A stretch of 61,103 nt of DNA from an uncultured Rickettsiales bacterium (GCA_944392625.1 CALXXG010000055.1:1-61103); one strand, 5' to 3'. Positions 19,158 through 29,185 are shown, numbered from the stretch's first letter. The notes: generated from the letters alone by a model not told the origin. Program-made: numbers and translations.

Positions 19158-19706
19158 CTATTTTTTTATTAAGTCCAATAATTCATTTTCCCTATACTCC
19201 TTAAACTTGCCGTGTGAAAAAAATGTGATGGTAGAAGACTTCTTTTGATTTACGCCCCTGCAGCGCATACAATCATGTTTTGCTTCAGCTACTATAAATA
19301 AATCATCAATTTCCAAGTATTGCATTAGTGATTCTGCTATATTTATCACCAATTTTTCCTGCAGCTGCAGTCTTCTCGCAAAGCAATCTACAATTCTCGC
19401 AAATTTACTCAAGCCTAATACCTTATTTTTTGGTATATAGCCTATGCTAATAGTGCCGCTAAATGGCAATAAGTGGTGCTCGCATACAGATGTAAATTCT
19501 ATATCTTTTACTATTACTAGATTATTATTATCTGATGAAAAAGTTTTGTATAGATCTTTATCATCAACTAAATATCCACTAAGCATTTCCGCCCATCCAT
19601 TGGCAAATCTTGCCGGCGTATTTTGCAGCACGTCAATATTTAGATCTTTTACTTCTAAAGCCTTTAAAAACAGTTCAGCTGATTCCTTTAATAATTTTTT
19701 ATTCAT
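19158..19706 (-). CDS. folE: GTP cyclohydrolase I
   Basis: FTSVCEHHLLPF, KFARIVDCFARRLQLQEKL. Overlaps the queD stop by 8 nt. Confidence 0.9.
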   Translation of the reverse strand: MNKKLLKESAELFLKALEVKDLNIDVLQNTPARFANGWAEMLSGYLVDDKDLYKTFSSDNNNLVIVKDIEFTSVCEHHLLPFSGTISIGYIPKNKVLGLSKFARIVDCFARRLQLQEKLVINIAESLMQYLEIDDLFIVAEAKHDCMRCRGVNQKKSSTITFFSHGKFKEYRENELLDLIKK

Positions 19707-20037
19707 TTTCTAATTCGTAAATTGCTTCATTATTTTCATTTTCTTTAACACTTGCCCTATAGCATTTTGGAGTTGTATCCACAATCCATTTTGCTATATT
19801 TTCAGAAGTTGGGTTAAAATCAAATATGTCATTTAAATTTTTGTGGTCAAGCTTGTCCTTTATCAGTTTTTTTATATAAGTAAAATCAACGACCATTCCA
19901 TTACTGTCAAGTGTTTTTGAACAGCACCATATAGTAATTTTAAAATTGTGGCCATGCAAATTTTCGCACTTGCTTTCATAGTCAAGATATAGTTGATGAC
20001 TTGCACTTACCTCTATAGTTTTTTTGATTGTATACAT
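19699..20037 (-). CDS. queD: 6-carboxy-5,6,7,8-tetrahydropterin synthase (PTPS family)
   Basis: SASHQL...CENLHGHNFKITIWC pattern, 112 aa. Confidence 0.8.
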   Translation of the reverse strand: MYTIKKTIEVSASHQLYLDYESKCENLHGHNFKITIWCCSKTLDSNGMVVDFTYIKKLIKDKLDHKNLNDIFDFNPTSENIAKWIVDTTPKCYRASVKENENNEAIYELENE

Positions 20038-20186
20038 AATATTAATATAGTTAGCTAACTATATAATACACAGCTTGTTATTATAATAGCAAGAAAATTA
20101 TAAATATTTGTAAGTATTTAAATATAGTTTTAGCTCAAATAATTCTTTTTTAACAATTATTTAAACATTGGCAGTATAATAATTTA

Positions 20187-20627
20187 TTAATAATCAAATC
20201 TTCTTTCATAGATTATATCATAATTTAAATCATAAAAATATAATATTCCATTATGAATGACTGGTAATGAAAAATAATCATTGTCTGTAAAAATTGTTTT
20301 GTTATCCTTTTTTGAAAAAAGTTCAAAAAGACAGCCGACAGATCCACAAAAATAGCTTCCGTAGCCAACTAAAAGATAATATAAATTATTTTTGTATTCA
20401 AATTCGGATATTATTATTTTATGAGTTTTTTTTATTTTTTTATAGTAATTTAAATTATCACTAAATTCTTTTGCAACTTTTGTATTAATTAGAAATGGAA
20501 ATTTCTCTTTTAATGAATTTAAATTATCAAATTCATATTGAAAATCTAGTTTTTTAGAAGATTTTATGAAATTTCTTTTATAGACAAACTCAACAGTGCA
20601 GTTGTTTATAATAATATCTGGATCCAA
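20187..20627 (-). CDS. Hypothetical protein
   Basis: 146 aa ORF lying 18 nt downstream of the preceding gene on the same strand. No family recognised. Confidence 0.4.
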   Translation of the reverse strand: MDPDIIINNCTVEFVYKRNFIKSSKKLDFQYEFDNLNSLKEKFPFLINTKVAKEFSDNLNYYKKIKKTHKIIISEFEYKNNLYYLLVGYGSYFCGSVGCLFELFSKKDNKTIFTDNDYFSLPVIHNGILYFYDLNYDIIYERRFDY

Positions 20628-20645
20628 TTTATTGTTTTCAAATGT

Positions 20646-21251
20646 TTATTTTAATTCTTTTTTGTCATTTAAAACTTTCTTATTATCAATAATAAATAAA
20701 AATTTTTCATTATTAAAATTTTTGTTTATATTTGAACCATATATGCTGGCTATATATCTGTTCATATAATTTATAACATCAATTATTAAGTCATTATTTT
20801 GAAAATTAATAATAGAATAGTATTCGTGCTTTAATTTTTTATTATTATATAATTTATCGTAGTTTGAATAGAATAGTGCTATTTTGCAATAATCATCAGA
20901 TATTTCGCTTTCGTTTTGCTTAAAATGATCTTTATTGCTTAATAATTCAAAGTTTTTTACTTCGCCATTATATACCTCTACTAATATTCGCGAATTATTT
21001 TTTGTTGTAAGCCTATAGGTTCCATTTGGAAACTTTTTTACGCTATTATCATTTTTCGCTTTATCAAAAGAAACAATATAAATTTTATTATCAAATATTA
21101 TAAAATAGTCAACAGAAGTAGTTTTATCAGATGTTAAATTAGAAATGCCAGTTAAAAGATAATTCCAATAATTTATTTTTTGATCGGCAAATGTTTTATG
21201 AAAAAATAAAAGTGTAAATAATAAAAAGATCGTCTTTATTATTCTATTCAT
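20646..21251 (-). CDS. Hypothetical secreted protein
   Basis: N-terminal signal-like MNRIIKTIFLLFTLLFFHKTFA. No family recognised. Confidence 0.45.
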   Translation of the reverse strand: MNRIIKTIFLLFTLLFFHKTFADQKINYWNYLLTGISNLTSDKTTSVDYFIIFDNKIYIVSFDKAKNDNSVKKFPNGTYRLTTKNNSRILVEVYNGEVKNFELLSNKDHFKQNESEISDDYCKIALFYSNYDKLYNNKKLKHEYYSIINFQNNDLIIDVINYMNRYIASIYGSNINKNFNNEKFLFIIDNKKVLNDKKELK

Positions 21252-21278
21252 ATTATATTTATTTTTTATATTTAATTT

Positions 21279-21302
21279 AAGGTGCTAAATAAATAGCACC
21301 TT
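21279..21302 (-). terminator. tkt terminator hairpin
   Basis: AAGGTGCTA-N6-TAGCACCTT, 10 nt beyond the tkt stop. Confidence 0.6.
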
Positions 21303-21312
21303 AAAAAACATA

Positions 21313-23307
21313 CTATTTCTTTAACTTCTGTAAAATCTTATCACTAATTTTATCAGCTGTTAGACCGAAGTATTCATAAACTTGCCCTGCTGGTGCTGAT
21401 AAACCAAATGTATTATCTGGTATGCCACAGAATAGACCATTTTGACCTATATATTTGCACCATCCCATAGATGAAGCGGCCTCAATAGCTACTTTTAAAA
21501 TATTGTCTCCGCCCAATACGGATTTTTTGTATTCAGGAGTTTGTTTGTCAAATAATTCCCAACAAGGAGCTGACACAACTCTGACTTTTTTGCCCTGCCC
21601 TTCTAGTTTTGCTTTTGTTGCTACCGCAAGATCAACTTCAGTTCCTGTAGCAATAATGACAACATCGGGTGTTCCTTCGCAGTCAGAGAAAATATACATG
21701 CCTTTTCTTGATTGATTTTCAATGCTTTCTTGTGAGTAGAAATTTACGCCCTGTCTTGAAAGCACCATTGCACTAGGAGTTTTATTTTCTTCCAATGCTA
21801 TTTCATAGCATTCTGCCGTTTCCTGTATATTGCAAGGTCTAAATACATTAATATTAGGCATAGCTCTCAGCATTGCCAATTGTTCTATTGGTTCATGGGT
21901 TGGACCATCCTCTCCAACACCAATAGAATCATGAGTCAATACATAAATTATAGGCAATTTCATTATAGCAGATAATCTCATTGCAGGCTTTTCATAATCT
22001 GCAAAACAGAAGAAAGTTCCGCCATATGGTATAAATCCACCATGTAAATAAATGCCGTTCATTATTGCCGCCATTGCGTGCTCCCTAATGCCGTATTCAA
22101 TATATCTTCCACTAAAATCATCTTTAGTAATCGCTTGCTTTGTAGAAGCGGTTTGGGTCAAATTGGACGGCGTTAAATCAGCACTTCCGCCAATTAGCTG
22201 CGGTATAGCCTCAGTTAAGACTTCAAGAACCCTATTAGATGATTTTCTTGTAGCTTCCGCCGGTTTTTCAGCAAAAACATTTTTCTTAAACTCTGCCAAT
22301 TTTTCCTTCCAACCATTAGGCAATCTACCTTCCATCATATCTAAAAATTCTTGTCTCTTTGAAGATTCTAAAAGTCGGCTGTTCCACTTTGAATATTCGC
22401 CATCGCTTTGAACTCCCACACTATTCCACAACTGCAATATATCAGAAGGTATTTCAAAAAGAGGCAACGTCCAATTAAGTTTTTGTTTTAAAGCTTCCAA
22501 ATCTTCGCCCTTAATCGGTGATCCATGGACTTTGTTCGTGCATTCCTTAGGAGAACAAAAACCAATTCTTGTTTTAAAAGATATAAATATTGGTTGAGTT
22601 GCTATAGTTGCATCATCAAAAGCACCTCTTATAGATTCATAGTCATGACCATCAGCTTCAACATATTTAAAGCCAATACTCTCCATTCTCATTTTCATAT
22701 CTTCATTTCTAGCCAAATCCGTTGAACCATCTATAGTAATTCCATTATTATCCCACATAACCACAAGATTATCAAGATTCAAATTTCCCGCAATACTTAA
22801 AGCCTCATAACTAATACCCTCCATCAAGCAGCCATCACCAACCATACAATAGATTTTATGGTCAACCAAATCATCGCCGAATCTTGCATTCATCATTTTT
22901 TCAGCAATCGCCATACCAACAGCGTTCGCAACACCCTGCCCTAAAGGACCCGTCGTTGTTTCAATGCCATTTAAAAAACCATATTCTGGATGTCCAGCAG
23001 TTTTTGAATGCAATTGCCTAAAATTTTTAATATCTTCAATATTTATATCTTCATAACCGGTTAAATACAATAAAGAATATAATAAAGCTGATCCATGTCC
23101 CGCAGACAAAACAAATCTATCCCTATCAAACCATTTTGGCTTTTTTGAGTTATATTTTAGCACTTCAGTAAACAAAATCGTAGCCACATCAGCAAAACCT
23201 AAAGGTAAGCCTGGATGTCCCGAATTAGCCTTTGCAATCATATCAACCGACAAAACCCTAACCGCTGTTGCCATTTGTCTCAGCTCTTCCATACTTCTTT
23301 TTATCAT
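21313..23307 (-). CDS. tkt: Transketolase
   Basis: 664 aa. SGHPGLPLGFADV, GDGCLMEGISYEA, GEDGPTHEPIEQLA. Confidence 0.97.
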   Translation of the reverse strand: MIKRSMEELRQMATAVRVLSVDMIAKANSGHPGLPLGFADVATILFTEVLKYNSKKPKWFDRDRFVLSAGHGSALLYSLLYLTGYEDINIEDIKNFRQLHSKTAGHPEYGFLNGIETTTGPLGQGVANAVGMAIAEKMMNARFGDDLVDHKIYCMVGDGCLMEGISYEALSIAGNLNLDNLVVMWDNNGITIDGSTDLARNEDMKMRMESIGFKYVEADGHDYESIRGAFDDATIATQPIFISFKTRIGFCSPKECTNKVHGSPIKGEDLEALKQKLNWTLPLFEIPSDILQLWNSVGVQSDGEYSKWNSRLLESSKRQEFLDMMEGRLPNGWKEKLAEFKKNVFAEKPAEATRKSSNRVLEVLTEAIPQLIGGSADLTPSNLTQTASTKQAITKDDFSGRYIEYGIREHAMAAIMNGIYLHGGFIPYGGTFFCFADYEKPAMRLSAIMKLPIIYVLTHDSIGVGEDGPTHEPIEQLAMLRAMPNINVFRPCNIQETAECYEIALEENKTPSAMVLSRQGVNFYSQESIENQSRKGMYIFSDCEGTPDVVIIATGTEVDLAVATKAKLEGQGKKVRVVSAPCWELFDKQTPEYKKSVLGGDNILKVAIEAASSMGWCKYIGQNGLFCGIPDNTFGLSAPAGQVYEYFGLTADKISDKILQKLKK

Positions 23308-23445
23308 AAATCCCCTTAATTCTGTTTGTAATTGATTTTATTTATATAAATAATAAATTAATTTAGCAATAAAATATTTAAAAAACTGTTGATTTTATCT
23401 TAAGAAATTATATATATAAATTAAAAATAATAATAAAAAAATACT

Positions 23446-24381
23446 ATGAAAATTTCATTTATTGGTTCTGGAGGCGTAGCATGTACAACAGCTTTTACAG
23501 TTGGTTTAAAAGGATTATTTAACGAAATGGTTATGCTTGACATATATAAAGATTACGCAATAGGCAAAGCTATTGACTTAAGACAAGGACTTATTCTTAA
23601 TAACAAGGATGTAAAAACAATTGGTACAGATAATTACAATGATATTAAAGGATCAGATGCAATAGTAATAACTGCCGGTGTAGCCGGTACAGCTGACAGA
23701 GAGTCTCTACTTGCAAAAAATAAAGAAATAATAGGCGATATAGCAAATAAATTATCAAATGTTATTCCCAACGATGAAAAACAACCATTTATAGTGGTAG
23801 TCACAAACCCGCTTGATTCAATTTTAAAACACTTTATTGACGTTGGACATTTTAATCCTAAAAAAACAATAGGTTCTGGAAATTGGTTGGATACTGCTAG
23901 ATTTAAATACTATCTAAGTGAATTACTGCATGTTAGTCCATTAAAAATAGAAACATTTACAATTGGCCAACACGGACAAAAAATGGTATATTTATTAAGT
24001 CAAACAAAAATTGATGGAATACCATTATTTGATTATATGAAAAAAAATAATATATCAAACGAACAAATTAAAAAAGCATGTGAAGACGCTACAAATGGCG
24101 GTGCTACAATATTAAATTTAATTGTAAAAGGCGGAACATTCTACGGCCCAGCTGTTTCAATCTATGATTTATTAAATGCATATTTTAATAATACAAAAGA
24201 AACCTTGATTGCTTCAACCTATTGTAATGGCGAATATGGTATCAAAAATTGTTGTGTTGGATGTCCTATAGTTATTGGAAAAAATGGTGTTGAAGAAGTA
24301 AAACAATTTAAAATAACTAATGACGAACAAAAAGAATTAGAGAAAGCTTATCAATTTATAGATAGTCTGAATAATAAATAA
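23446..24381 (+). CDS. Malate/L-lactate dehydrogenase family protein (substrate-specificity loop atypical)
   Basis: Rossmann-type MKISFIGSGGV, LDTARF, catalytic GQHG. The mobile loop reads AGVAGTADRESLL rather than the usual G-x-P-R-K-P-G-M-S-R-D-D-L. Confidence 0.75.
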   Translation: MKISFIGSGGVACTTAFTVGLKGLFNEMVMLDIYKDYAIGKAIDLRQGLILNNKDVKTIGTDNYNDIKGSDAIVITAGVAGTADRESLLAKNKEIIGDIANKLSNVIPNDEKQPFIVVVTNPLDSILKHFIDVGHFNPKKTIGSGNWLDTARFKYYLSELLHVSPLKIETFTIGQHGQKMVYLLSQTKIDGIPLFDYMKKNNISNEQIKKACEDATNGGATILNLIVKGGTFYGPAVSIYDLLNAYFNNTKETLIASTYCNGEYGIKNCCVGCPIVIGKNGVEEVKQFKITNDEQKELEKAYQFIDSLNNK

Positions 24382-24393
24382 CAAATATTATAA

Positions 24394-24421
24394 TTTAGTA
24401 TCAATTTTAATTGATACTAAA
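24394..24421. terminator. Hairpin between the convergent mdh-like gene and comF
   Basis: TTTAGTATCAATT-TT-AATTGATACTAAA; abuts the comF stop. Confidence 0.5.
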
Positions 24422-25153
24422 TTATAATACAGTCTTAGCAAATGTTATAGAATATACATTTTTTATACCGGATTCATTTAGAACTTTTATACATTCATTA
24501 ATAGTTGAACCGGTAGTCATAACATCATCAATTATTGCGAAATTTAAATTCTTATAAACATCAATATTTTTAAGATATTTTTTATTAATTATAAATTTAT
24601 TTTTTAAATTTTTCTTTCTATCCGCCTGTTTTAAACTTGCTTGTGGAACTGTATGTTTTGTCTTGCATAAAAAATCATGAATAACTTTTTTATTGCTTAA
24701 TTTAGCAATTTCATTTGCAAGCAACAATGATTGATTATATTTTCTAAAAATTAATCTTTTTTTGTGCAAAGGTATTGGTATAAGAATATCTATATTATCA
24801 ATAATATCAGCACTGGCTCTAAACATACACTTCCCTATAAATCTTTTAAGGTATGTTTTATCATGAAATTTAAAATTGAATATTATTTTCGAAACTTCCT
24901 CATCATAAATTACGGCACTTCTTGACTTTATAAATAGTGGTTTATTAACTAAACAAGGTATACAAATATCATCATCTGATACGCAAAACTCAAGTGGAGT
25001 TGAACATTTACTGCAGTATGGCCTTTCTATAAACTTAACTTTACTCCAACAATCGTGGCACAATGTATCATCATCTTCAATTATTTTGCCGCACAAAACA
25101 CATTTTGGTGGAAATATTAATTTTAATAGTTTAGTTAAAAAATTAAAAATCAT
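24422..25153 (-). CDS. comF: ComF family protein (phosphoribosyltransferase domain, zinc-finger-like N-terminus)
   Basis: N-terminal CxxC pairs (CVLCG, CHDCW, CSKC) and C-terminal PRT motif IIDDVMTTGSTI. Confidence 0.8.
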   Translation of the reverse strand: MIFNFLTKLLKLIFPPKCVLCGKIIEDDDTLCHDCWSKVKFIERPYCSKCSTPLEFCVSDDDICIPCLVNKPLFIKSRSAVIYDEEVSKIIFNFKFHDKTYLKRFIGKCMFRASADIIDNIDILIPIPLHKKRLIFRKYNQSLLLANEIAKLSNKKVIHDFLCKTKHTVPQASLKQADRKKNLKNKFIINKKYLKNIDVYKNLNFAIIDDVMTTGSTINECIKVLNESGIKNVYSITFAKTVL

Positions 25154-25154
25154 T

Positions 25155-25805
25155 TTAAAAAAGTTTAAAGATTAAAAATATTCCCATTAATAAAAATATA
25201 ATGCCTGTTATTTTTGAAGAATATTTTTCAAAAATTTCAATAAACTTATATATTTTGCCAATATTCTTAGTAGCAATAACAATTAAACCAAGCACTAAAG
25301 TTGGCAAACCAGTCATTAATCCATATATAATAAAAGACAAAAAACTCTTTTGGTTTTGTAAAAAATTACTTATAAAAAGACTAGCAGTAACTGGACAAAA
25401 CATACCAGCAAACAATATCCCTAAAATAAAACTTCCTAAGTATTTAGAACTATCTGATTTTTCTTTAATCTTGTTTACAAAAGAAAAGTGCAAAAATTCA
25501 AGATTTATAAGATTTAAAAGTGCCAATCCAACAATAATTAAAATAAAACCTAAAATTAAATTTAATTTATTCTGTAAAAAGGATGAAACTAGATCAATAT
25601 TGTCAATACTTATTGAAAGAATAATACTTATAATTGTGTAGACAAAAGCTCTGCCAAACATATAAAGTAAACTTGAAAATAATATATATTCTGAATTGTT
25701 TGACTTTTTAGTAGTATAACTCAAAACCGCAACATCAGCTGTAAGAACACATGGCGTAATTGATGTTAAAAAACCAAGTATTAAAGAATTAAATAAAACC
25801 AACAC
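25155..25805 (-). CDS. CcdA/DsbD-family thiol-disulfide transmembrane protein
   Basis: Six hydrophobic helices, with two helix-embedded PC/CP motifs (SITPCVL and MFCPVTA). Confidence 0.6.
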   Translation of the reverse strand: MLVLFNSLILGFLTSITPCVLTADVAVLSYTTKKSNNSEYILFSSLLYMFGRAFVYTIISIILSISIDNIDLVSSFLQNKLNLILGFILIIVGLALLNLINLEFLHFSFVNKIKEKSDSSKYLGSFILGILFAGMFCPVTASLFISNFLQNQKSFLSFIIYGLMTGLPTLVLGLIVIATKNIGKIYKFIEIFEKYSSKITGIIFLLMGIFLIFKLF

Positions 25806-25898
25806 AAATATGTATAAAAAATTACTATAGTCAAATTATAAACTATTTATATATTATTTTTCAAGTATTAAGAATTTTATATTAAATAAATTTATTCA

Positions 25899-26568
25899 TT
25901 AAATATCAAGCTTAAAAAACATTTCAGCAACACCTTCATCACATTCATCATAATCCTCTTCACAATTAAATGTGTAGGAAATAACTTGGCCGGTGTTAAA
26001 AACTCCATCATCTAAAATCGTATCTATTTTTTTTGCAATATTTGAATCAAAAGTATAATAGTTTGAATCAAAAATTAAAACATTTCCACCAGCAAAATTT
26101 TCAAAAAAACTCCATCTATCATCATATGATTTTATACATGAAAAAGAATATGCTCCATCTTTAAATGCCTTTGATCCTAATGTAACTTTGCCAATGCATT
26201 CTTCTGTACCAATACAATCTTCAAAAGAAAGTTTTGTATCCAAAGCCCCATTGTCATAAAGCTCTTCATACATATCCTGTGATTTTTGAAGATCAGCGCC
26301 ATAATTACTGTTTCCCCAAGTGCACTCATCGGCACTATTGTATACTAATACTCCACTATTGTCCTTATCACCTGGCAATCTACCATTTGAAGCGTAAAAT
26401 ATATTTATTGCTCTTTTTATAGTTATTAGTTTCATTTACAAATGCTCTAATTTTTGCGCTTTCTATTAAAGATTGTCCACTTGTAACGCCAGCTACTAAT
26501 AATCCTATTATAATTAAAACTATAGATAATTCTATTAGAGAAAAACCAAATATTTTATTAAACTTCAT
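25899..26568 (-). pseudogene. Type IV pilin-like paralog interrupted by a 1-nt frameshift in an A5 tract
   Basis: The N-ORF (26380-26568, MKFNKIFG/FSLIELSIVLIIIGLL) and C-ORF (25899-26435) join into one protein colinear with the 38983-39694 paralog if T5 at 26414-26418 (A5 on the coding strand) is read as 4 nt. Confidence 0.7.
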
Positions 26569-26745
26569 AGAATCTATATTTATATTAATATTATGTCATA
26601 TAAGATAGAATTTTGTAAAAATAAAATCAATAAAAAATTATAATATATCTTATCTTTATTTAAATAAATATTTGTACTTCCGAATGAGAAAAGACGATTT
26701 ATAAACAATTCAACCCTATTATTATAGGTATTTATTAATAATAAA

Positions 26746-27966
26746 TTGCAGGTTGATATGAATCTAAATGAAATAAATGAAAAGATTGATCAAATTGGAA
26801 ATGCTTGGGAACATTTTAAACAAGTTAATGATGAAAGATTAAAACAGATTGAAAAAAAAGGTTCTGCTGACGCTATGGTGTTAGAAGAATTAAACAAAAT
26901 TAATAATTCTATTGATGAACAAAAAAACAATCTTGAAATGCTAAGAATTAGTATGTCAAGACCATCATTTGAAAATAAAAGTTCAAATTTTGTTCAAGAA
27001 AATCTAGAATATAAAAAGGCGTTAAACAATTATCTTAAAAAAGGTATTGATGGTGATTTAGCTGCTTATGAAACTAAAATGGCACTTGATACATCAATAA
27101 GCGGAGATAGCTCTGCATATGGCGGTTATTTATTAACTCCAAATATGCAAAGAATTATAACTGGGGAGTTAAATAATACATGCTTTATGAGAAAAATTTG
27201 TTCAGTTCAAACGATATCATCATCAGCATTAGATGTAATTGATGATACAACTTTTTCTACTGCATGGATTAGCGAGACCGGAACCGTAAGTGATTCAGAT
27301 ACTTCAACATTAAGTAAAACGACAATTAAAGCTCATGAACTAGTTGCTCAACCAAAGGTTACTCAAAAATTGCTTGATGACGCTTCAATAAATATTGAAG
27401 AATGGTTAGCCTATAGATTAGCACAACAATTTGCTCAAAAGGAAGAAGAAGCATTTTTAAAAGGAACTGGAGATGCTAATAATCAGCCAAAAGGAATAAC
27501 AAACTACACTAGCGGTATAGATACCGTTGAATCAACTTCAACAAATAATGGCGGAATTACAGTAGATGATATAGTTGGATTATATTATTCTTTAAGTGAA
27601 CAGTATGTTGGCAGGGCCAGTTTTGTTATGCCAAGGGCTGCAGTTTCCGCTATTAGAATGCTAAAGGATTCAACAAGCGGCGCTTATTTATGGCAGCCAG
27701 CATTATTAGGCGGAGCTGAAGACACATTGATGGGTTGCCCAGTTTATCAAAGTGCATACATGCCAGCTTTAGCGGCCAATAGCCTTTCAGTTATTTTTGG
27801 CGACTTTAAATTTTATCAAATAGTTGATAGAACTGGCATTACAGTTTTAAGAGACCCTTATACATCAAAACCATATGTTAGATTTTATACTACAAAAAGA
27901 GTTGGGGGAGATGTAATAAGAAAAGATGCTTTTAAAATGTTAAAATGCGGCAGCAAAACTTCATAG
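26746..27966 (+). CDS. Phage major capsid protein, HK97 family (GTA-like, isolated)
   Basis: N-terminal coiled-coil delta-like domain followed by an HK97 fold-like region (GGYLLTP, ELVAQPKVTQKLLDD, FVMPRAAV, GCPVYQS). Possible ATG start at 26758. Confidence 0.85.
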   Translation: MQVDMNLNEINEKIDQIGNAWEHFKQVNDERLKQIEKKGSADAMVLEELNKINNSIDEQKNNLEMLRISMSRPSFENKSSNFVQENLEYKKALNNYLKKGIDGDLAAYETKMALDTSISGDSSAYGGYLLTPNMQRIITGELNNTCFMRKICSVQTISSSALDVIDDTTFSTAWISETGTVSDSDTSTLSKTTIKAHELVAQPKVTQKLLDDASINIEEWLAYRLAQQFAQKEEEAFLKGTGDANNQPKGITNYTSGIDTVESTSTNNGGITVDDIVGLYYSLSEQYVGRASFVMPRAAVSAIRMLKDSTSGAYLWQPALLGGAEDTLMGCPVYQSAYMPALAANSLSVIFGDFKFYQIVDRTGITVLRDPYTSKPYVRFYTTKRVGGDVIRKDAFKMLKCGSKTS

Positions 27967-27975
27967 TTCAAATAC

Positions 27976-27994
27976 ATAGGGCATTTTGCCCTAT
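27976..27994. terminator. Hairpin plus T-run after the capsid gene
   Basis: ATAGGGCA-TTT-TGCCCTAT followed by TTTTTA. Confidence 0.65.
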
Positions 27995-27997
27995 TTT

Positions 27998-28258
27998 TTA
28001 TAAAAAATCATTAACAATATTTTTCATTTTTTTAATTTTACTACTTTTACTCTTTGTTTTAAAATTAATTTTTCTCATACGACTCATTATTCTTCTAAGA
28101 TTTATAAAATCAAATTTTGAATTAAATTTATTATTCATAAAATCAATTATAATATTTTTTTCCAAGTCAATTATATATCCATTAAATATTTTATCATCAA
28201 TTTCATCTGGATTATTATTAATAATCTCGCCTATTTTTTCAGTAATAGAATTGCTCAT
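27998..28258 (-). CDS. Small hypothetical protein (acidic N-terminus, lysine-rich C-terminus)
   Basis: 86 aa, with a strong AGGAGG Shine-Dalgarno 4 nt upstream of the ATG. Preferred over the overlapping plus-strand 157-aa low-complexity ORF. Confidence 0.45.
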   Translation of the reverse strand: MSNSITEKIGEIINNNPDEIDDKIFNGYIIDLEKNIIIDFMNNKFNSKFDFINLRRIMSRMRKINFKTKSKSSKIKKMKNIVNDFL

Positions 28259-28420
28259 TTTGCCTCCTATAATTAATTACAATAAAAATATTATAATATT
28301 TATCTTTTATTTTCTATATTTTTTAAATATTTTTTCTTTAACTCTTTTCAAATTAAAATTTATAAAAATATTGATTTTTCGCTTGAGTATTTTTATTATC
28401 TTAACAACAATAATTTAAAA

Positions 28421-29182
28421 ATGGCAAATATGAATAACGACTTTTGTCCAACAAAATTAGAAGTTCAGCATCTTGAAAAAAGCTATGGAACAAAAACCGT
28501 TTTGAAAGATATAAGTTTATCATTATCTAAGGGGGAAGTTGTTGGATTACTAGGACCAAATGGTGCCGGAAAAACAACTCTTTTTTACACTATAGTTGGC
28601 TTAATAAGGGCTGACAGTGGAAATGTAATTTTAGGTGGTCAAGATATTACTTATTTACCAATGTATATCAGGGCAAGAATGGGTATTGGTTATTTGCCAC
28701 AAGAAAATTCAATATTCAGAGGTATGTCAGTCGAAGAAAATATTTTAGCCATATTACAAATAGAAGAAAAAGACAAAAAACAGAGAATTAGAAAGCTAAA
28801 GTCATTAATTGAAGAATTTTCAATAGAACACATAAGAAAAAGTCCGGCACTAGCGTTATCTGGTGGGGAAAGAAGAAGAGTAGAGATTGCAAGAACGCTA
28901 GCATCAAATCCTTCTTTTATATTATTAGATGAACCATTTGCCGGAGTTGATCCAATAGCTGTAAATGATATAATGGAAATGGTAAAACACTTAAAAAGTA
29001 AAGAAATTGGAATACTTATTACAGATCATAATGTTAGAGAGACATTAAAAATAGTTGATAGAGCATATATTGTTTATGATGGCAAAATATTAATGAGCGG
29101 AACTCCGGATCAAATAAAAAACCATAAAGAAGTTAGAAGAGTTTACTTAGGCGAAAACTTCTGTGAAGCAAATCAAGAATAG
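28421..29182 (+). CDS. lptB: LPS export ABC transporter ATP-binding protein
   Basis: Walker A GPNGAGKTT, signature LSGGERRRVEIAR, Walker B ILLDEPFAGVDP. Confidence 0.92.
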   Translation: MANMNNDFCPTKLEVQHLEKSYGTKTVLKDISLSLSKGEVVGLLGPNGAGKTTLFYTIVGLIRADSGNVILGGQDITYLPMYIRARMGIGYLPQENSIFRGMSVEENILAILQIEEKDKKQRIRKLKSLIEEFSIEHIRKSPALALSGGERRRVEIARTLASNPSFILLDEPFAGVDPIAVNDIMEMVKHLKSKEIGILITDHNVRETLKIVDRAYIVYDGKILMSGTPDQIKNHKEVRRVYLGENFCEANQE

Positions 29183-29185
29183 CAT

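Noticed and set aside
27945-28418. The 157-aa plus-strand ORF overlapping the capsid stop and the terminator.
   Set aside because: It is extremely hydrophobic and low-complexity (poly I/L/F), as expected from reading AT-rich DNA antisense. It runs through the terminator hairpin. The opposite-strand 86-aa ORF has a strong AGGAGG SD.
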